A DNA stretch of 64,000 nt from a virus. Where the stretch lies: the IMG/VR virus record IMGVR_UViG_3300049324_000002, positions 1 through 64,000 of that record, one strand, 5' to 3'. Below the pieces are notes generated by a model, which saw only the letters and a list, made by a program, of their open reading frames with translations, was not told the origin of the DNA and did not search any database. This document shows, piece after piece, positions 1-10,294 of the stretch. The translations under genes and the position numbers were made by a program. Position 1 is the stretch's first letter; each line of letters opens with the position of its first letter.

Positions 1-226
1 CTCGAATCGCATAAGCAGCATATGCCTCCATACCAATCGGAAGCGTAATCGCAGTGTTAATCTGAAGACCATCCCAGATGCCGGGTAACAGCTTCACCGA
101 GCCAAACCCAGTGAGGCCACCCAACCCCACCCACCCGGACCAAATCGCTACCGCAGCGGGCAACGCCAGCAACACCACCGGCCACACTGGAATCTGCTTC
201 TTCTCAATCACTACGTCACATCGCAT
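1..226 (-). CDS. Membrane protein, 3' end outside the window
   Basis: My translation: MRCDVVIEKKQIPVWPVVLLALPAAVAIWSGWVGLGGLTGFG...NTAITLPIGMEAYAAYAIR; hydrophobic, and resembles membrane proteins of actinomycete mobile elements. Confidence 0.6.
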   Translation of the reverse strand, partial: MRCDVVIEKKQIPVWPVVLLALPAAVAIWSGWVGLGGLTGFGSVKLLPGIWDGLQINTAITLPIGMEAYAAYAIR

Positions 227-364
227 TCGATAGATTATATTTTCGACTAGTTAGCAGCCCTCAGGAACAAACTCCTACCCTCGAATGCTAACGTTAGGAA
301 ACGATACACTACGCTGGCGGGGTTAGAATGGGAACACCAGATAGCTAAGAGACAGGAACAAGAG

Positions 365-1219
365 ATGACCGGCCCAACGTACAAAGCCTGGCAGCTAGCA
401 AACGCGCTACGTCGAGCCCGTGAGCTATCTGGTAGGACACAAAAAGAAGCAGCGATGGCAATCGACTGCTCGCCAGGAAAGATCACACACATAGAAGCAT
501 ACAGGTACGGGATCAAGAAAACAGACCAGGAAGTGCTTCTAAGATTCTACGGTGTCGATGAAGACACAATCTCAGAACTAGAAGAACTGCGACAAGGTGC
601 AAACGAACGTGGATGGTGGTTCGAATACGACCTGCCAGAAGGACTAGCCAAATACGTAGGACTAGAATCAGCAGCAACAAGAGTAAGAACCGTCAGTCAC
701 GGTCTCATCCACGGACTACTACAAACCGAGGAATATGCAAAAGCACTACACCACATAGGATCATCACTATCCAACAGTGTAATCGACCAAAGAGTGGAAA
801 CGCGTATCAAACGACAGACAAGGCTAATAGGTGGTCCACGCACCACCCAACTAGAGCTACACGCTATCATGTCAGAATCTGCTATTCGTATTCTCGAACA
901 CACAGACCTAGCCGAAAGACAACTCAGACGACTAAAAGACCGTGCAAAACTAGAGAACGTGGAAATCCAAATAATTCCATTCAAAGCTGGACTTCATCCC
1001 AGTATGATGGCAGGGTTCAACGTTCTCAGCTTCGCTGATGAACTACTCTCAGATATTATTTACAACGAAGATGGAATGGGGGGACACATCGTTGATGAGA
1101 CAAAAAGCCTACAACGCATGGAGGCCACCTTCACAAGACTCTGTGGGCAAGCGCTATCCCCAAGCGATAGCCTGGAAATGATCACAGAGTCACTACAGCG
1201 GACAAGGAGAACAGCATGA
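365..1219 (+). CDS. XRE-family HTH regulator with DUF5753-type C-terminal domain
   Basis: N-terminal HTH (LRRARELSGRTQKEAA), GWW, LIHGLLQTEEYA and IQIIPF motifs typical of actinomycete XRE/DUF5753 proteins. Confidence 0.88.
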   Translation: MTGPTYKAWQLANALRRARELSGRTQKEAAMAIDCSPGKITHIEAYRYGIKKTDQEVLLRFYGVDEDTISELEELRQGANERGWWFEYDLPEGLAKYVGLESAATRVRTVSHGLIHGLLQTEEYAKALHHIGSSLSNSVIDQRVETRIKRQTRLIGGPRTTQLELHAIMSESAIRILEHTDLAERQLRRLKDRAKLENVEIQIIPFKAGLHPSMMAGFNVLSFADELLSDIIYNEDGMGGHIVDETKSLQRMEATFTRLCGQALSPSDSLEMITESLQRTRRTA

Positions 1220-1395
1220 TCAGGTGGCACACATCGTCTAGATGCGCCAACGACGAAAACTGCGTAGCAGTCGCTGACATACCCGGGGCACACCTCGTCA
1301 AAGACACCAAAGACAAGGACAGCCCACAACTCGCCTTCCCCAACGTCAACTGGGGAGCATTCATCCACGGAGTAAAAACAGGCACCATCGGTTAA
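1216..1395 (+). CDS. DUF397 protein (59 aa, below the ORF-track cutoff)
   Basis: MIRWHTSSRCANDENCVAVADIPGAHLVKDTKDKDSPQLAFPNVNWGAFIHGVKTGTIG: W-x-x-SS, NCV, (R/K)D(S/T)K and W-x-AF pattern; ATGA overlap with the XRE stop codon. Confidence 0.88.
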   Translation: MIRWHTSSRCANDENCVAVADIPGAHLVKDTKDKDSPQLAFPNVNWGAFIHGVKTGTIG

Positions 1396-1401
1396 CACAG
1401 A

Positions 1402-1450
1402 AACGTAGACACCCCCACTCGCAAGCACAATGAGTGGGGGTGTCTACGTT
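1402..1450. terminator. Bidirectional terminator between convergent genes
   Basis: Perfect 19-bp inverted repeat aacgtagacacccccactc / gagtgggggtgtctacgtt with an 11-nt loop. Confidence 0.8.
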
Positions 1451-1456
1451 AGTAAA

Positions 1457-2686
1457 TCAGTGAGTATGCTCCGCGTGATCCTCAGCAGACGGCTGAACAC
1501 CATCAGGCAGAATGCGACGACACTCCCTGCACCGATCCGCATGCCGAGCAACATCGCCACCAGTACGCATCAGCAACTGCTGATGAGCCGACGAAATCTC
1601 ACCATTCGCTGCAGCAGTCACAGCATTCATCAAACCATACATAGTGAGGTCATCGTTATCGACCAACTCGTCCAGCACACCACGCTGCAGCGGACCCGGG
1701 ATCCTATGCTCAGAAAACACATCCCGGATCGTCTGAGCAACATCACCATCGATGCGCTCATCCGCAGTCGACTGCACCGCATCGAAGCTCGACTCGAGGC
1801 CACCCAGCACACCATCCACAGCCTGCTGCGCCCACCGATACACATCCTCAGGATCCTGACCGCCAGTCTTCCGCGACCAACCAGCCGCAGTAGGACCAGT
1901 ATCAATCATCCCATTAGTGCACAGCATCCGATAGAGGAATCCCTCAATACCAGTCTGACCATCCCCGACCAGTGAATTCCTAAACTGCACACCACCCCAC
2001 CACAAATCATCAGACTCACCAGTACCAGTCATCTGACGAGTCAAATCCGGAATAACCAACTGAGTGAAAGTCTGGTGCAACGAATGCGCCATCTTCGTAG
2101 CATCAAAGAAAATCTCAGCATCCGGGTAACGGGTCTGAATAGCAGTAACAGCCCGCTCCACCAACTCAAGGTTACTGAAAGGATTGATAGTCGCACGAGT
2201 CAACGCTGCGGCAACATTATCGTCACCAACAAGCATCAACTTCAGATCGCGATTATCAAGACCAGTCCGATACCAGTAATTGAGTTGATCCTCAATCAGG
2301 AAGTTAGGACACTTCACCGCGTACTTAAAGCCCAGACCAAACTGCTTCAAAGACTCCAAGAACGCGTCAAGCGTGAGCTGATACTCAGTGCTATCATTCT
2401 CGCCATGAGAAAGGCTCAGGTAAACCGGAACCTTCTCAGTGCCATGCATTTGCAGCATGTCATCAGACCACAGAGACTCTTTGTTCTCATCTCCAACCTT
2501 AAATCGAACATGAGGACCGGTAGTCAAATCACGAAACGCAAGAGGCTCCGTAGACTGCAGAACCTGAATACCCTGATCCATGGTAAACAGCTTCTGACGA
2601 TCCAGCATATCCTGAACGGTAATAGCTGGGCCATTACCACTCATGTTCATGACATCGGGTAGATACTCAGTAGTCGTCACGGGCAA
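1457..2686 (-). CDS. DUF932-like phage protein
   Basis: 409 aa; RNS...G and YRMLCTNGM motifs typical of DUF932. Confidence 0.6.
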   Translation of the reverse strand: MPVTTTEYLPDVMNMSGNGPAITVQDMLDRQKLFTMDQGIQVLQSTEPLAFRDLTTGPHVRFKVGDENKESLWSDDMLQMHGTEKVPVYLSLSHGENDSTEYQLTLDAFLESLKQFGLGFKYAVKCPNFLIEDQLNYWYRTGLDNRDLKLMLVGDDNVAAALTRATINPFSNLELVERAVTAIQTRYPDAEIFFDATKMAHSLHQTFTQLVIPDLTRQMTGTGESDDLWWGGVQFRNSLVGDGQTGIEGFLYRMLCTNGMIDTGPTAAGWSRKTGGQDPEDVYRWAQQAVDGVLGGLESSFDAVQSTADERIDGDVAQTIRDVFSEHRIPGPLQRGVLDELVDNDDLTMYGLMNAVTAAANGEISSAHQQLLMRTGGDVARHADRCRECRRILPDGVQPSAEDHAEHTH

Positions 2687-2756
2687 CCTTCCCTCGTTGG
2701 ATATGGCGACACCACATCCTACCGAGCAAGCTCAGCAACTTGGATCGAGTCTAGAA

Positions 2757-4049
2757 CTATCTCGGTCCAGGCCCCGTCACGAACGACACGACCTTGTCAC
2801 CCGGCCCTGGCCCTCGAGCCAGAGCAGGCCGTGCGACCGGCTGAGAAGACGGCTGAGCCGCCGCTACAGGGACCACGTCGACCGGCAGCTCCTCCTCAGC
2901 CAGCAACGCCTCATCACCCGTAGGAACAGGCTCCTCGCCACCCTCCTCAAGATCAGGCAACGACACCAACACTCGCGTAGCTGGAAGTGACTTAATCGCC
3001 CACGCTGCCAACTTCGCACACCACTCAGGATCAGACGCAAGATTCAGTACATTCTGCAAACCTTGCACAGATGCACCCTTAGGACTCTGCGTCATACTAG
3101 GATGATACAAACCTTCTGGGAAATAGAAAAACGCACCATTCTTCTTAATAACCTTATTCCCAAGCAAAGCCTGCACAGCAGAATAACCCTGCGAGAATCC
3201 AGTACCCAACTCAAGATACAAAGAAGCAAACTGATAAGGTGCAGCAACCTTATTCTTAGTCACCTCAACGCGAGTAAGAACAGAATGAGGAACAGAAATC
3301 ACTTCACCAGTAAGAGGGTCACTTCTCTCAGACTTGAAATTCTTAGTGACAGCAAACTTCACACGAATAGAAGTGTAGAACTTCAAAGCCGAACCACCAG
3401 GAGTAGTCGTACGCTTCGGCATGCCAGGACGCGTAGGACCAGTCTCAATCACATCACGAATATGATTAATGAAGATAGCGGTAGTACCAGTACGAGCGAG
3501 AATAGGATTCAACTTAGACAAAAAATTACCAAGCAGTCTGGCACGCTCCATAGCCAACGTCCGGGAGTCTTTATCCTCTTCCGCCGACGACCGAGGCACC
3601 ATCGCTGGCACCGAATCGAAAATCATCAGCCCCACCCGGCCCGTGCGAGCAAGGTCGACGGCCACCTCACAACCATGCTCAAGGGACCCAGGAGGGAACG
3701 CACGAAACAAACTACGATCAGTAATATTCACACCCATAGCCTGAAGATACGGCTTATCCAAAGCCTGCTCATAATCAAAATACACAACGAGCTTACCCTG
3801 CTTCTGTGCTTGAACAGCAACCTCACAAGCAGCAGTCGTCTTCCCGGACTGAGACAAACCATAAAACTCTGCACTACGACCGCATGGTAAACCCTGACCA
3901 CCAAGAACATAATCAAAAGCTAGGTTACCAGTCGAAATAAAACCCTTATCGGCCCAAACATCAGCCTCACTAAAACCAGCCTCTTTGAAAGCATCGCCAA
4001 GAATCTTATCCAACTCAACATCAACGGCAGTAGACACAAAAACCTCCAC
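2757..4049 (-). CDS. recA: RecA-like recombinase (start more likely GTG at 4037)
   Basis: ISTG, Walker A GLSQSGKTT, IFDSVPAM, TPGGSALKFYTSIR, KNKVAAP. Confidence 0.93.
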   Translation of the reverse strand: MEVFVSTAVDVELDKILGDAFKEAGFSEADVWADKGFISTGNLAFDYVLGGQGLPCGRSAEFYGLSQSGKTTAACEVAVQAQKQGKLVVYFDYEQALDKPYLQAMGVNITDRSLFRAFPPGSLEHGCEVAVDLARTGRVGLMIFDSVPAMVPRSSAEEDKDSRTLAMERARLLGNFLSKLNPILARTGTTAIFINHIRDVIETGPTRPGMPKRTTTPGGSALKFYTSIRVKFAVTKNFKSERSDPLTGEVISVPHSVLTRVEVTKNKVAAPYQFASLYLELGTGFSQGYSAVQALLGNKVIKKNGAFFYFPEGLYHPSMTQSPKGASVQGLQNVLNLASDPEWCAKLAAWAIKSLPATRVLVSLPDLEEGGEEPVPTGDEALLAEEELPVDVVPVAAAQPSSQPVARPALARGPGPGDKVVSFVTGPGPR

Positions 4050-4056
4050 AACAAAA

Positions 4057-4117
4057 CACGCGATCAGTACGGTCCAAGGAAGGGGTCAAGCCAAACTCGG
4101 ACCGCACTGATCGCGCG
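4057..4117 (-). terminator. Long hairpin plus U-tract between rusA and recA
   Basis: 22-bp stem whose three mismatches are all G-U pairs on the minus-strand RNA, followed by TTTTGTT. Confidence 0.65.
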
Positions 4118-4141
4118 GGCCTAAGATTACCCCACAACTCT

Positions 4142-4840
4142 TTAACTGCCCAACTCGGGTAGACGGTTAACCGCCCAGAAACGAATCACAGCCCCCGGCA
4201 TCGCTAAAGCATCAACATCCTCACCAGGAAAAACTTTAGCAATACGTAAATACTCAATAATCAAACCATCATCGTCAATGGCACGAACTTTCACCAAAGC
4301 ATCTTCAGTAGACCTAACAAGCTTACTTGAATCATTACCTTTAGTAGCAGCATACGTACGACGCCTCTTAGGAGCGGCCGTAGGCTTCTTCATAGTGAAA
4401 ACCATGTAACCAACCAACGGTCCCTCAAGAGGATAACCCTCCAACAAAGAAACACCCTTATCTGGTGACACAATATCTAAAGCAACATCAGTCACATCAC
4501 TGCGCCACGGTGCAACACGCTTAGAAGACTCACGCATCGTAATGCGGCCCTCTTTAGTGCGCCCACCCGGGACCTTCGAGCCCTGCGGCGCAGGAGCACC
4601 AACAACGTGCATCTCAAAATGCGGTGCAGGCGCCATGCCAAGATAAAACATACGACGGAGCCACTCGACTGGGTTAGGGAGAACACCCTCCGCTGCAGGC
4701 ACCGAGCGACGCGCCAAAGACGTGCCCCCACGCGTACGAACAGCCGGAATCACCTGAGCAAGGCGCACCGTAGGAACCGTCGCAGACACAGATGAAACAG
4801 TAGTAACGTCGCTCTCCGAAACCCAGTCGAATGTATCCAT
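4142..4840 (-). CDS. rusA: RusA-like Holliday junction resolvase
   Basis: GAPAPQGSK, RESSKRVAPWR, DSSKLVRSTEDAL, IDDDGLI. Confidence 0.8.
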   Translation of the reverse strand: MDTFDWVSESDVTTVSSVSATVPTVRLAQVIPAVRTRGGTSLARRSVPAAEGVLPNPVEWLRRMFYLGMAPAPHFEMHVVGAPAPQGSKVPGGRTKEGRITMRESSKRVAPWRSDVTDVALDIVSPDKGVSLLEGYPLEGPLVGYMVFTMKKPTAAPKRRRTYAATKGNDSSKLVRSTEDALVKVRAIDDDGLIIEYLRIAKVFPGEDVDALAMPGAVIRFWAVNRLPELGS

Positions 4841-4844
4841 CGTC

Positions 4845-5891
4845 CTAGATCTTCGTACCTAGAGTAGCAAGCAGATCATCCAAATCAGGAACATCGCTGT
4901 CAGTAGACTTAACTGCAGCAGGCTCCTCCTCGGCAGACCCCGGAATCTCCTGAGCAGAGCCACCAGGCTTGAACTCGTTAAGCGAGTCACCCTCACCAGG
5001 GGCAGCATCCGCCTTAGTAGGAGAGAACCCATTCTCCGTCACAGGCAGTTCATTCGTGGAAACAGCCGAATCAAGCAAAGACGAATCCAGAGAATCAGTA
5101 ACATCCGCCTCAACAACCTGGCTCGGGCCACCATTACGAATCTTATGCCACGTTTCCTGAATGTCAGACAAATCATTCGTCAAGTAACGAAGATCTGCCT
5201 TACGACCACAGAAAGCGGCCAAATCCGCAGCGTGATTTTCCTTGTAAGTCTCCATACCACGAGTCAGATTGTCCTTGCTAGCCATCAAAGCACAAGCCTG
5301 AGCAGCCTTAATCGGGTAATTCTGGAAAGCCTGATTCTCACACGGACCAAGAATCAGATCAACCTTACGAGGATCAGGATCCTCACCCTCAGTAGCAAAC
5401 TCCGACAAAACCTGAGTGACCTGAGTGAAACGACCCTCACTCATCACCCACACCAAGCAACGAACACTAAACGGAACAGCAAGATTCGGAGTACCACCCT
5501 TAGTCTCGTACTGCAAGACATGGATAGCAAACCGACGAGACGGAGGCTTAAGATAATCGGTCTCCGCAGCCAACCTACAAGCCGGGCACTTCGCCGGATC
5601 AACGCCCTTCTCTTCCAGTACATCAGGATCACCAAGACAAATAGGAGTACCAACAAACTCCATATCGTGATCCTGATACTGCTCGTCACTACCCTTCTTC
5701 TTAACCCAAATCATCTTCGGCTTACCATCAACCGGAGAGATCTTAGGCTTATTAAGACTATGCACCCACTCATAAACCGGACCCGGCTCAATACAAACCA
5801 CTCGAGCAATCTGTCCCTTATCCAACTTCAACTTCGGAAAGCTCGTTGCAGACTGACGAACCTTGTCCGCACCAAACGTCGTTGCAGGCAT
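4845..5891 (-). CDS. Probable ssDNA-binding protein (gp32-like, Zn motif, acidic tail)
   Basis: H...C...CPAC cluster, long acidic C-terminus ending DLDDLLATL; ATG at 5891 follows a purine-rich RBS. Confidence 0.6.
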   Translation of the reverse strand: MPATTFGADKVRQSATSFPKLKLDKGQIARVVCIEPGPVYEWVHSLNKPKISPVDGKPKMIWVKKKGSDEQYQDHDMEFVGTPICLGDPDVLEEKGVDPAKCPACRLAAETDYLKPPSRRFAIHVLQYETKGGTPNLAVPFSVRCLVWVMSEGRFTQVTQVLSEFATEGEDPDPRKVDLILGPCENQAFQNYPIKAAQACALMASKDNLTRGMETYKENHAADLAAFCGRKADLRYLTNDLSDIQETWHKIRNGGPSQVVEADVTDSLDSSLLDSAVSTNELPVTENGFSPTKADAAPGEGDSLNEFKPGGSAQEIPGSAEEEPAAVKSTDSDVPDLDDLLATLGTKI

Positions 5892-6085
5892 TCTACTCTC
5901 TCTTCTTTCAGTAACACTAGTTAGCGCGACACCACTTAAGGCACGCCGCTGACATTCACTGAACGGAACGTCGCATGACATTTTAGTTGTGAATAGTGTA
6001 TCCGGAATGACCGGAGTCCGTTACTACATGAGACTGTTATACCGCGAGGGTCGGACAACCAGCGCCAAACGGGGGAAAGACATCG

Positions 6086-6619
6086 TCATCTCTCAAGAGA
6101 AGATTCGACACTCATCCCGCGCAGAATCAAATGCAAGTCCTTACGAACCTCATCGAGATAACGATAAGTACGCTGGATAATATCAACAGTATCATTCGAC
6201 TCATCCAACCAACGATCAAACTTACGCATCTGCCTACGCTCATTCAACGTAGCCAAATCAGCCTCAGCATAACGCTCACGAGGAGCAGGCTCCCCCCACC
6301 CGGACTGGCCCCTACCGCGCTTCGACGCACCACCCGTAGCAGCCGCCCACGCATCATCGTGCGCAGCCGTAGCCAACTTGAACGCCTCACGAATCCGACT
6401 ACGAAAACGAACCGCAGTAGTCAAAGCCACATCCACACGATCCATCGCCGACCGAACCTCCGCGAGATACTCCAACGCAGCGCGAGGCCCATCCTCAATA
6501 GCAGGCAACGGCGGAATCTTCGCACGCAAATCCAGTATAGGATCAACTAACTTAGCCAAATCAGAACTAGGACCGTCAGTTAAAATCTGTGCAATCTCAG
6601 CAGCAGATAAGACAGTCAT
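6086..6619 (-). CDS. Hypothetical coiled-coil protein
   Basis: 177-aa ORF coupled to neighbouring genes. Confidence 0.6.
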   Translation of the reverse strand: MTVLSAAEIAQILTDGPSSDLAKLVDPILDLRAKIPPLPAIEDGPRAALEYLAEVRSAMDRVDVALTTAVRFRSRIREAFKLATAAHDDAWAAATGGASKRGRGQSGWGEPAPRERYAEADLATLNERRQMRKFDRWLDESNDTVDIIQRTYRYLDEVRKDLHLILRGMSVESSLER

Positions 6620-6972
6620 TCTTTAGGATCCTCAATAAGCTTGCGACTATATAAAAGTTCAAAAGTACGTCTCTTTGCTGCCCGTCGCTGCTCCTTAGTC
6701 ACATCCATCACACCAACATGAAACATGGTAGCAGCCATCAAAACATACCGATCTGCATAAGGATCGGTTGGACTAGTAAACTCCTTCATCCAAAAATAAT
6801 AAGCTGCTGTACACCACTCAGTATCACTACTAGGATAAGGAGGAAGAACATCATTATTCTGATGAATTCTGTCAAAAGACGTTAAAGGAGTCCGTACGGT
6901 TTGCTTATCAGGAAGCTGCTGACAAATAAACCTACCAGTAATACTCTTCAGAGACTCTGATCCTTCACTCAT
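6616..6972 (-). CDS. Hypothetical protein
   Basis: ORF overlapping neighbouring start/stop codons. Confidence 0.55.
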   Translation of the reverse strand: MSEGSESLKSITGRFICQQLPDKQTVRTPLTSFDRIHQNNDVLPPYPSSDTEWCTAAYYFWMKEFTSPTDPYADRYVLMAATMFHVGVMDVTKEQRRAAKRRTFELLYSRKLIEDPKE

Positions 6973-7262
6973 TAGCCTGTCACTTTCTGCTTAACAGCAC
7001 CAAGCTTCTGCTTAATCGAATTCACAATAACAGAGTATTCACTATCAGTGTACCCACCAGCATCACGAACACGATACGCAAGAAGCTGCTGAGCGAGAAG
7101 TGACAAAGTAAGATAACGAACCTGAGTAGGAATAGTAGTAAGCTCGTCTACACCCCACTCAGACAGCAAGGCAACAAAATCACCTAAATCGACTTCAACC
7201 TCAATCTTTTTCCAATGACCGCTATTGCCAACCTCGAAAGATTGACCTTCCATTATCCTCAT
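6972..7262 (-). CDS. Hypothetical protein
   Basis: ORF overlapping neighbouring start/stop codons. Confidence 0.55.
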   Translation of the reverse strand: MRIMEGQSFEVGNSGHWKKIEVEVDLGDFVALLSEWGVDELTTIPTQVRYLTLSLLAQQLLAYRVRDAGGYTDSEYSVIVNSIKQKLGAVKQKVTG

Positions 7263-7621
7263 GAATTCTCTCCCGCCATCACCGGGTCGACCTGAGAATA
7301 CTCAGCCAACGGGAAAACACCTGTCTCGACTCCGCCACAAGACTGAACAAACCACGGCCCGGAAAACAACCCATAAGCAGTCCAGTCACAACCACGCTCA
7401 GGTGAACCATCATCATTCTTAGGCATATAACGACCAATGCACTCCCGACTAGCAGACTCGGGATCAGCACCTAACTCTTCAAACTGTTCACCAGTAGAAA
7501 CTGACTCACAAGAAGGGCAAGCGAAAGCCCATAGCTTCCAGTCATTACCAAACAACGACGCAGCCAACTTAGCGAACTCGTCCCACGACGCGAATCTACG
7601 ATACATCCACAAGTCTGCCAT
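7259..7621 (-). CDS. VVA0879-like Cys-rich phage protein
   Basis: FG-D...W-F-CPSC...CIGR...GCDWTAYGLF pattern. Confidence 0.65.
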   Translation of the reverse strand: MADLWMYRRFASWDEFAKLAASLFGNDWKLWAFACPSCESVSTGEQFEELGADPESASRECIGRYMPKNDDGSPERGCDWTAYGLFSGPWFVQSCGGVETGVFPLAEYSQVDPVMAGENS

Positions 7622-7641
7622 GACCCTGTCCTACCCGGCCG

Positions 7642-8094
7642 TCAGGCCAGCTCACCCTCGTCTGCTTCCAACACCGACCACTCCACCAAACCATCAGGCG
7701 TCCAGAAGTACCACGTACCTCTCCTGCGCCCAACAAAAACAAGAGTCAACAAACCATCAGAAATAGAAGTAATCCTATGCGCCATGTTCATAGGCATATC
7801 ATGGAACGACCAACGCTTCCACGTCTGTCGATCAGGATCACCATTCAGAGAATAAAACACATCCTCAGAGTAAGTGCCTCTCAGAATGAAAGACCAAAAC
7901 TTCCAAGGATGATCGTGTGGATATAGATCAGTATCAGGTTCATAAATCCAATGAAGATAAACTCCAAACCACGGAGTCTGCACAACACGCAATCGTCGAA
8001 GATAAACCTTATCAGAACCTCTTTTAGAAATATCTGCCCACTTCATAAAAGCAAACTTAGGTGGCTTCTTATAAGGATGTTTCACAGTAGGCAT
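7642..8094 (-). CDS. Cupin-fold phage protein
   Basis: YLH...PHDHPW...ILRG-Y-E...HRI metal-binding cupin pattern. Confidence 0.65.
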   Translation of the reverse strand: MPTVKHPYKKPPKFAFMKWADISKRGSDKVYLRRLRVVQTPWFGVYLHWIYEPDTDLYPHDHPWKFWSFILRGTYSEDVFYSLNGDPDRQTWKRWSFHDMPMNMAHRITSISDGLLTLVFVGRRRGTWYFWTPDGLVEWSVLEADEGELA

Positions 8095-8102
8095 GAAGTA
8101 TT

Positions 8103-10172
8103 CTACCCCGCCATCGCCAGCTCAGGCTCCTTCGCAGGAGCACGCTTAGGAACAATAATCTTGTTGTTAGCATCAAGCTTCAACTTGACCATACTGCCCC
8201 ACCTAGTACCGACCTCCCAATCAGCCTTAATCACAGGCCAACCCGGGACCGGGATACAAACCTCAGGGTTCACCAAATCAATGATCCGCTGCGGAGACAC
8301 CGAACGATGCGCCTCCCACACCAAAGCATCATGAATATTCATCTGCAAATGCACCTTCTCGTGCAACCCAACACTACGCAACTTACGATCCGCGCGCACC
8401 ATGGCAATCTTCATCAAGTCAGCAGCGCCACCCTGCGTAGGAGCATTCACACACAACCGCTCCCCAGTACCACGAATCGCTGACGAATCCGACTCCAACT
8501 GCCACAACGGGTGAATCCGTCCAAACTTCGAAATAGTATAACCAGCCTGAATGCCAGTCCTCGTCTGCTTATCAATCCAAGCCTGCACTGAAGAATATAT
8601 AGCAAAGTACTTCTCCATGAACGCCTTAGACTCTTCAACCGAAATACCAAGACGCTCAGCAATACCTTTAGCACCCTGACCGTACAAAATAGCGAAGTTC
8701 TGTGTCTTCGCTATACCACGCTGATCCTCAGTGACCTCCTCCAAAGGAACACCGAACATCAGCGAAGCAGTCATAACGTGAACGTCAATGCCCTCCTCAA
8801 ACGCCCTCACCAACGCTGGCTCACCAGACAACCCGGCCAGCACCCGCAACTCAATCTGCGAATAGTCGAAACCAATCAAATAATGATCCGGCGCAGCCAT
8901 AACGAAATCACGAAACTTTAAGAAAAACTCGAGGCCGCTCTCAAGCTGGTAATAATACTTCTTAGGCAACTGCTGATAGGGAGGATCAGAAACAGCGAAC
9001 CGACCAGACACAATAGACGTCTGACGATGACTAGGATGAGTACGACCATCCTTCGCATACCTGAAATCACGCGGGAACTTCTCTAGATAAGAACCAATCA
9101 ACTTCTTAACTTCACGATACTCAAGCAGTCTCTTAACAACAGCATGCTTCTTAGCCAACCCGGACAACGCCTTCTCATCCGTGCTCATCTTCCCACTACC
9201 CTTAGTCAAACGAGTAGTAGACATACCTAGCTGAGTATACAAAACATCGGCTACCTGAGCAGAAGAGTTAAGATTAATGTCAACACACTTGCCAGTCATC
9301 TCAGACAAGCGTTTCATAATCTCTTGACGCATCAACGTAGCAAACTGCTCAGCCTCAGTCTTAACACGCTCCATAGAAGTCCAGTCAAACTGAACTCCAT
9401 GGTCTTCCATATGTGCTAAGATAGGAACAATACCCATCTCCACACGATAAAGAAGTTTATCCTTAACCTTAGGTCGATTCTTCCTAGACAAAGCCAAACA
9501 CCATGCAGCGTCATCACAAGCATAAGTAATGACTTTAGGAGTCAACTCCAAATCAGTGAAACGAATACACTTCTTCTGCTTCTCGGTCATAGGAGGGAAC
9601 AAATCCCAAATCTCAGTCTGATGGTAACCAAACACTTCCTCAGACAAGTACTTCAAACCAAGCGCACGATACGTACCAAGCAAATAAGCTTCAATCATAG
9701 AATCAGAAAACAACGGGAAATACCCGTCAATATCTAACCCAGCCTCAGCCAACTCCGCTGACGACAAACGCTCCCGCAAAAACCTAGCCAAATGAGTAAG
9801 CTCGAACTTCGCGTTATGCGCAATCCCCTTACCACTCCCCAACAACACCGCCAACAGCCGAGCAAACTCAACCTCGTCAACACCCTGACCGCCACGGAAC
9901 CTCAACGGCACATAACGCGCCCACGAAGGATCCCCCGACACCGACACCCCCGCCAACACAGCCGTCTCCGGGTGCAACGAAAAACCAGGCATCGGAGGGC
10001 CATCATAACCACCCTCAATATCGTAACCAAAACCATCTTCGATAGTCGCTAACTTAGTGAATAACTTATCGACAACTCTTAGATCAGTTAAAAGACCACA
10101 GTCAACTGCCAACTGAAATAACACCCCCACCACTACGAACTTGCGAAAGAAGCGACTTAAGACAAGCGCCAC
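8103..10172 (-). CDS. polA: Family A DNA polymerase with 3'-5' exonuclease (true start probably near 10113)
   Basis: Exonuclease motifs YDIE, AHNAKFE, YACDDA; motif A DYSQIELR, motif B R...KTQNFAILYG, motif C IHDAL. Confidence 0.95.
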   Translation of the reverse strand: MALVLSRFFRKFVVVGVLFQLAVDCGLLTDLRVVDKLFTKLATIEDGFGYDIEGGYDGPPMPGFSLHPETAVLAGVSVSGDPSWARYVPLRFRGGQGVDEVEFARLLAVLLGSGKGIAHNAKFELTHLARFLRERLSSAELAEAGLDIDGYFPLFSDSMIEAYLLGTYRALGLKYLSEEVFGYHQTEIWDLFPPMTEKQKKCIRFTDLELTPKVITYACDDAAWCLALSRKNRPKVKDKLLYRVEMGIVPILAHMEDHGVQFDWTSMERVKTEAEQFATLMRQEIMKRLSEMTGKCVDINLNSSAQVADVLYTQLGMSTTRLTKGSGKMSTDEKALSGLAKKHAVVKRLLEYREVKKLIGSYLEKFPRDFRYAKDGRTHPSHRQTSIVSGRFAVSDPPYQQLPKKYYYQLESGLEFFLKFRDFVMAAPDHYLIGFDYSQIELRVLAGLSGEPALVRAFEEGIDVHVMTASLMFGVPLEEVTEDQRGIAKTQNFAILYGQGAKGIAERLGISVEESKAFMEKYFAIYSSVQAWIDKQTRTGIQAGYTISKFGRIHPLWQLESDSSAIRGTGERLCVNAPTQGGAADLMKIAMVRADRKLRSVGLHEKVHLQMNIHDALVWEAHRSVSPQRIIDLVNPEVCIPVPGWPVIKADWEVGTRWGSMVKLKLDANNKIIVPKRAPAKEPELAMAG

Positions 10173-10294
10173 CTACAAAGCCATCATCGGTTTGTAGTGC
10201 ATTATCTTTATTAACTAACTGATCACAGCGCACGCATCTAACTAGATTCCTAGAGCGCTTATGCGAGCGAATAGCCACCCTCGGTGATACCGGA

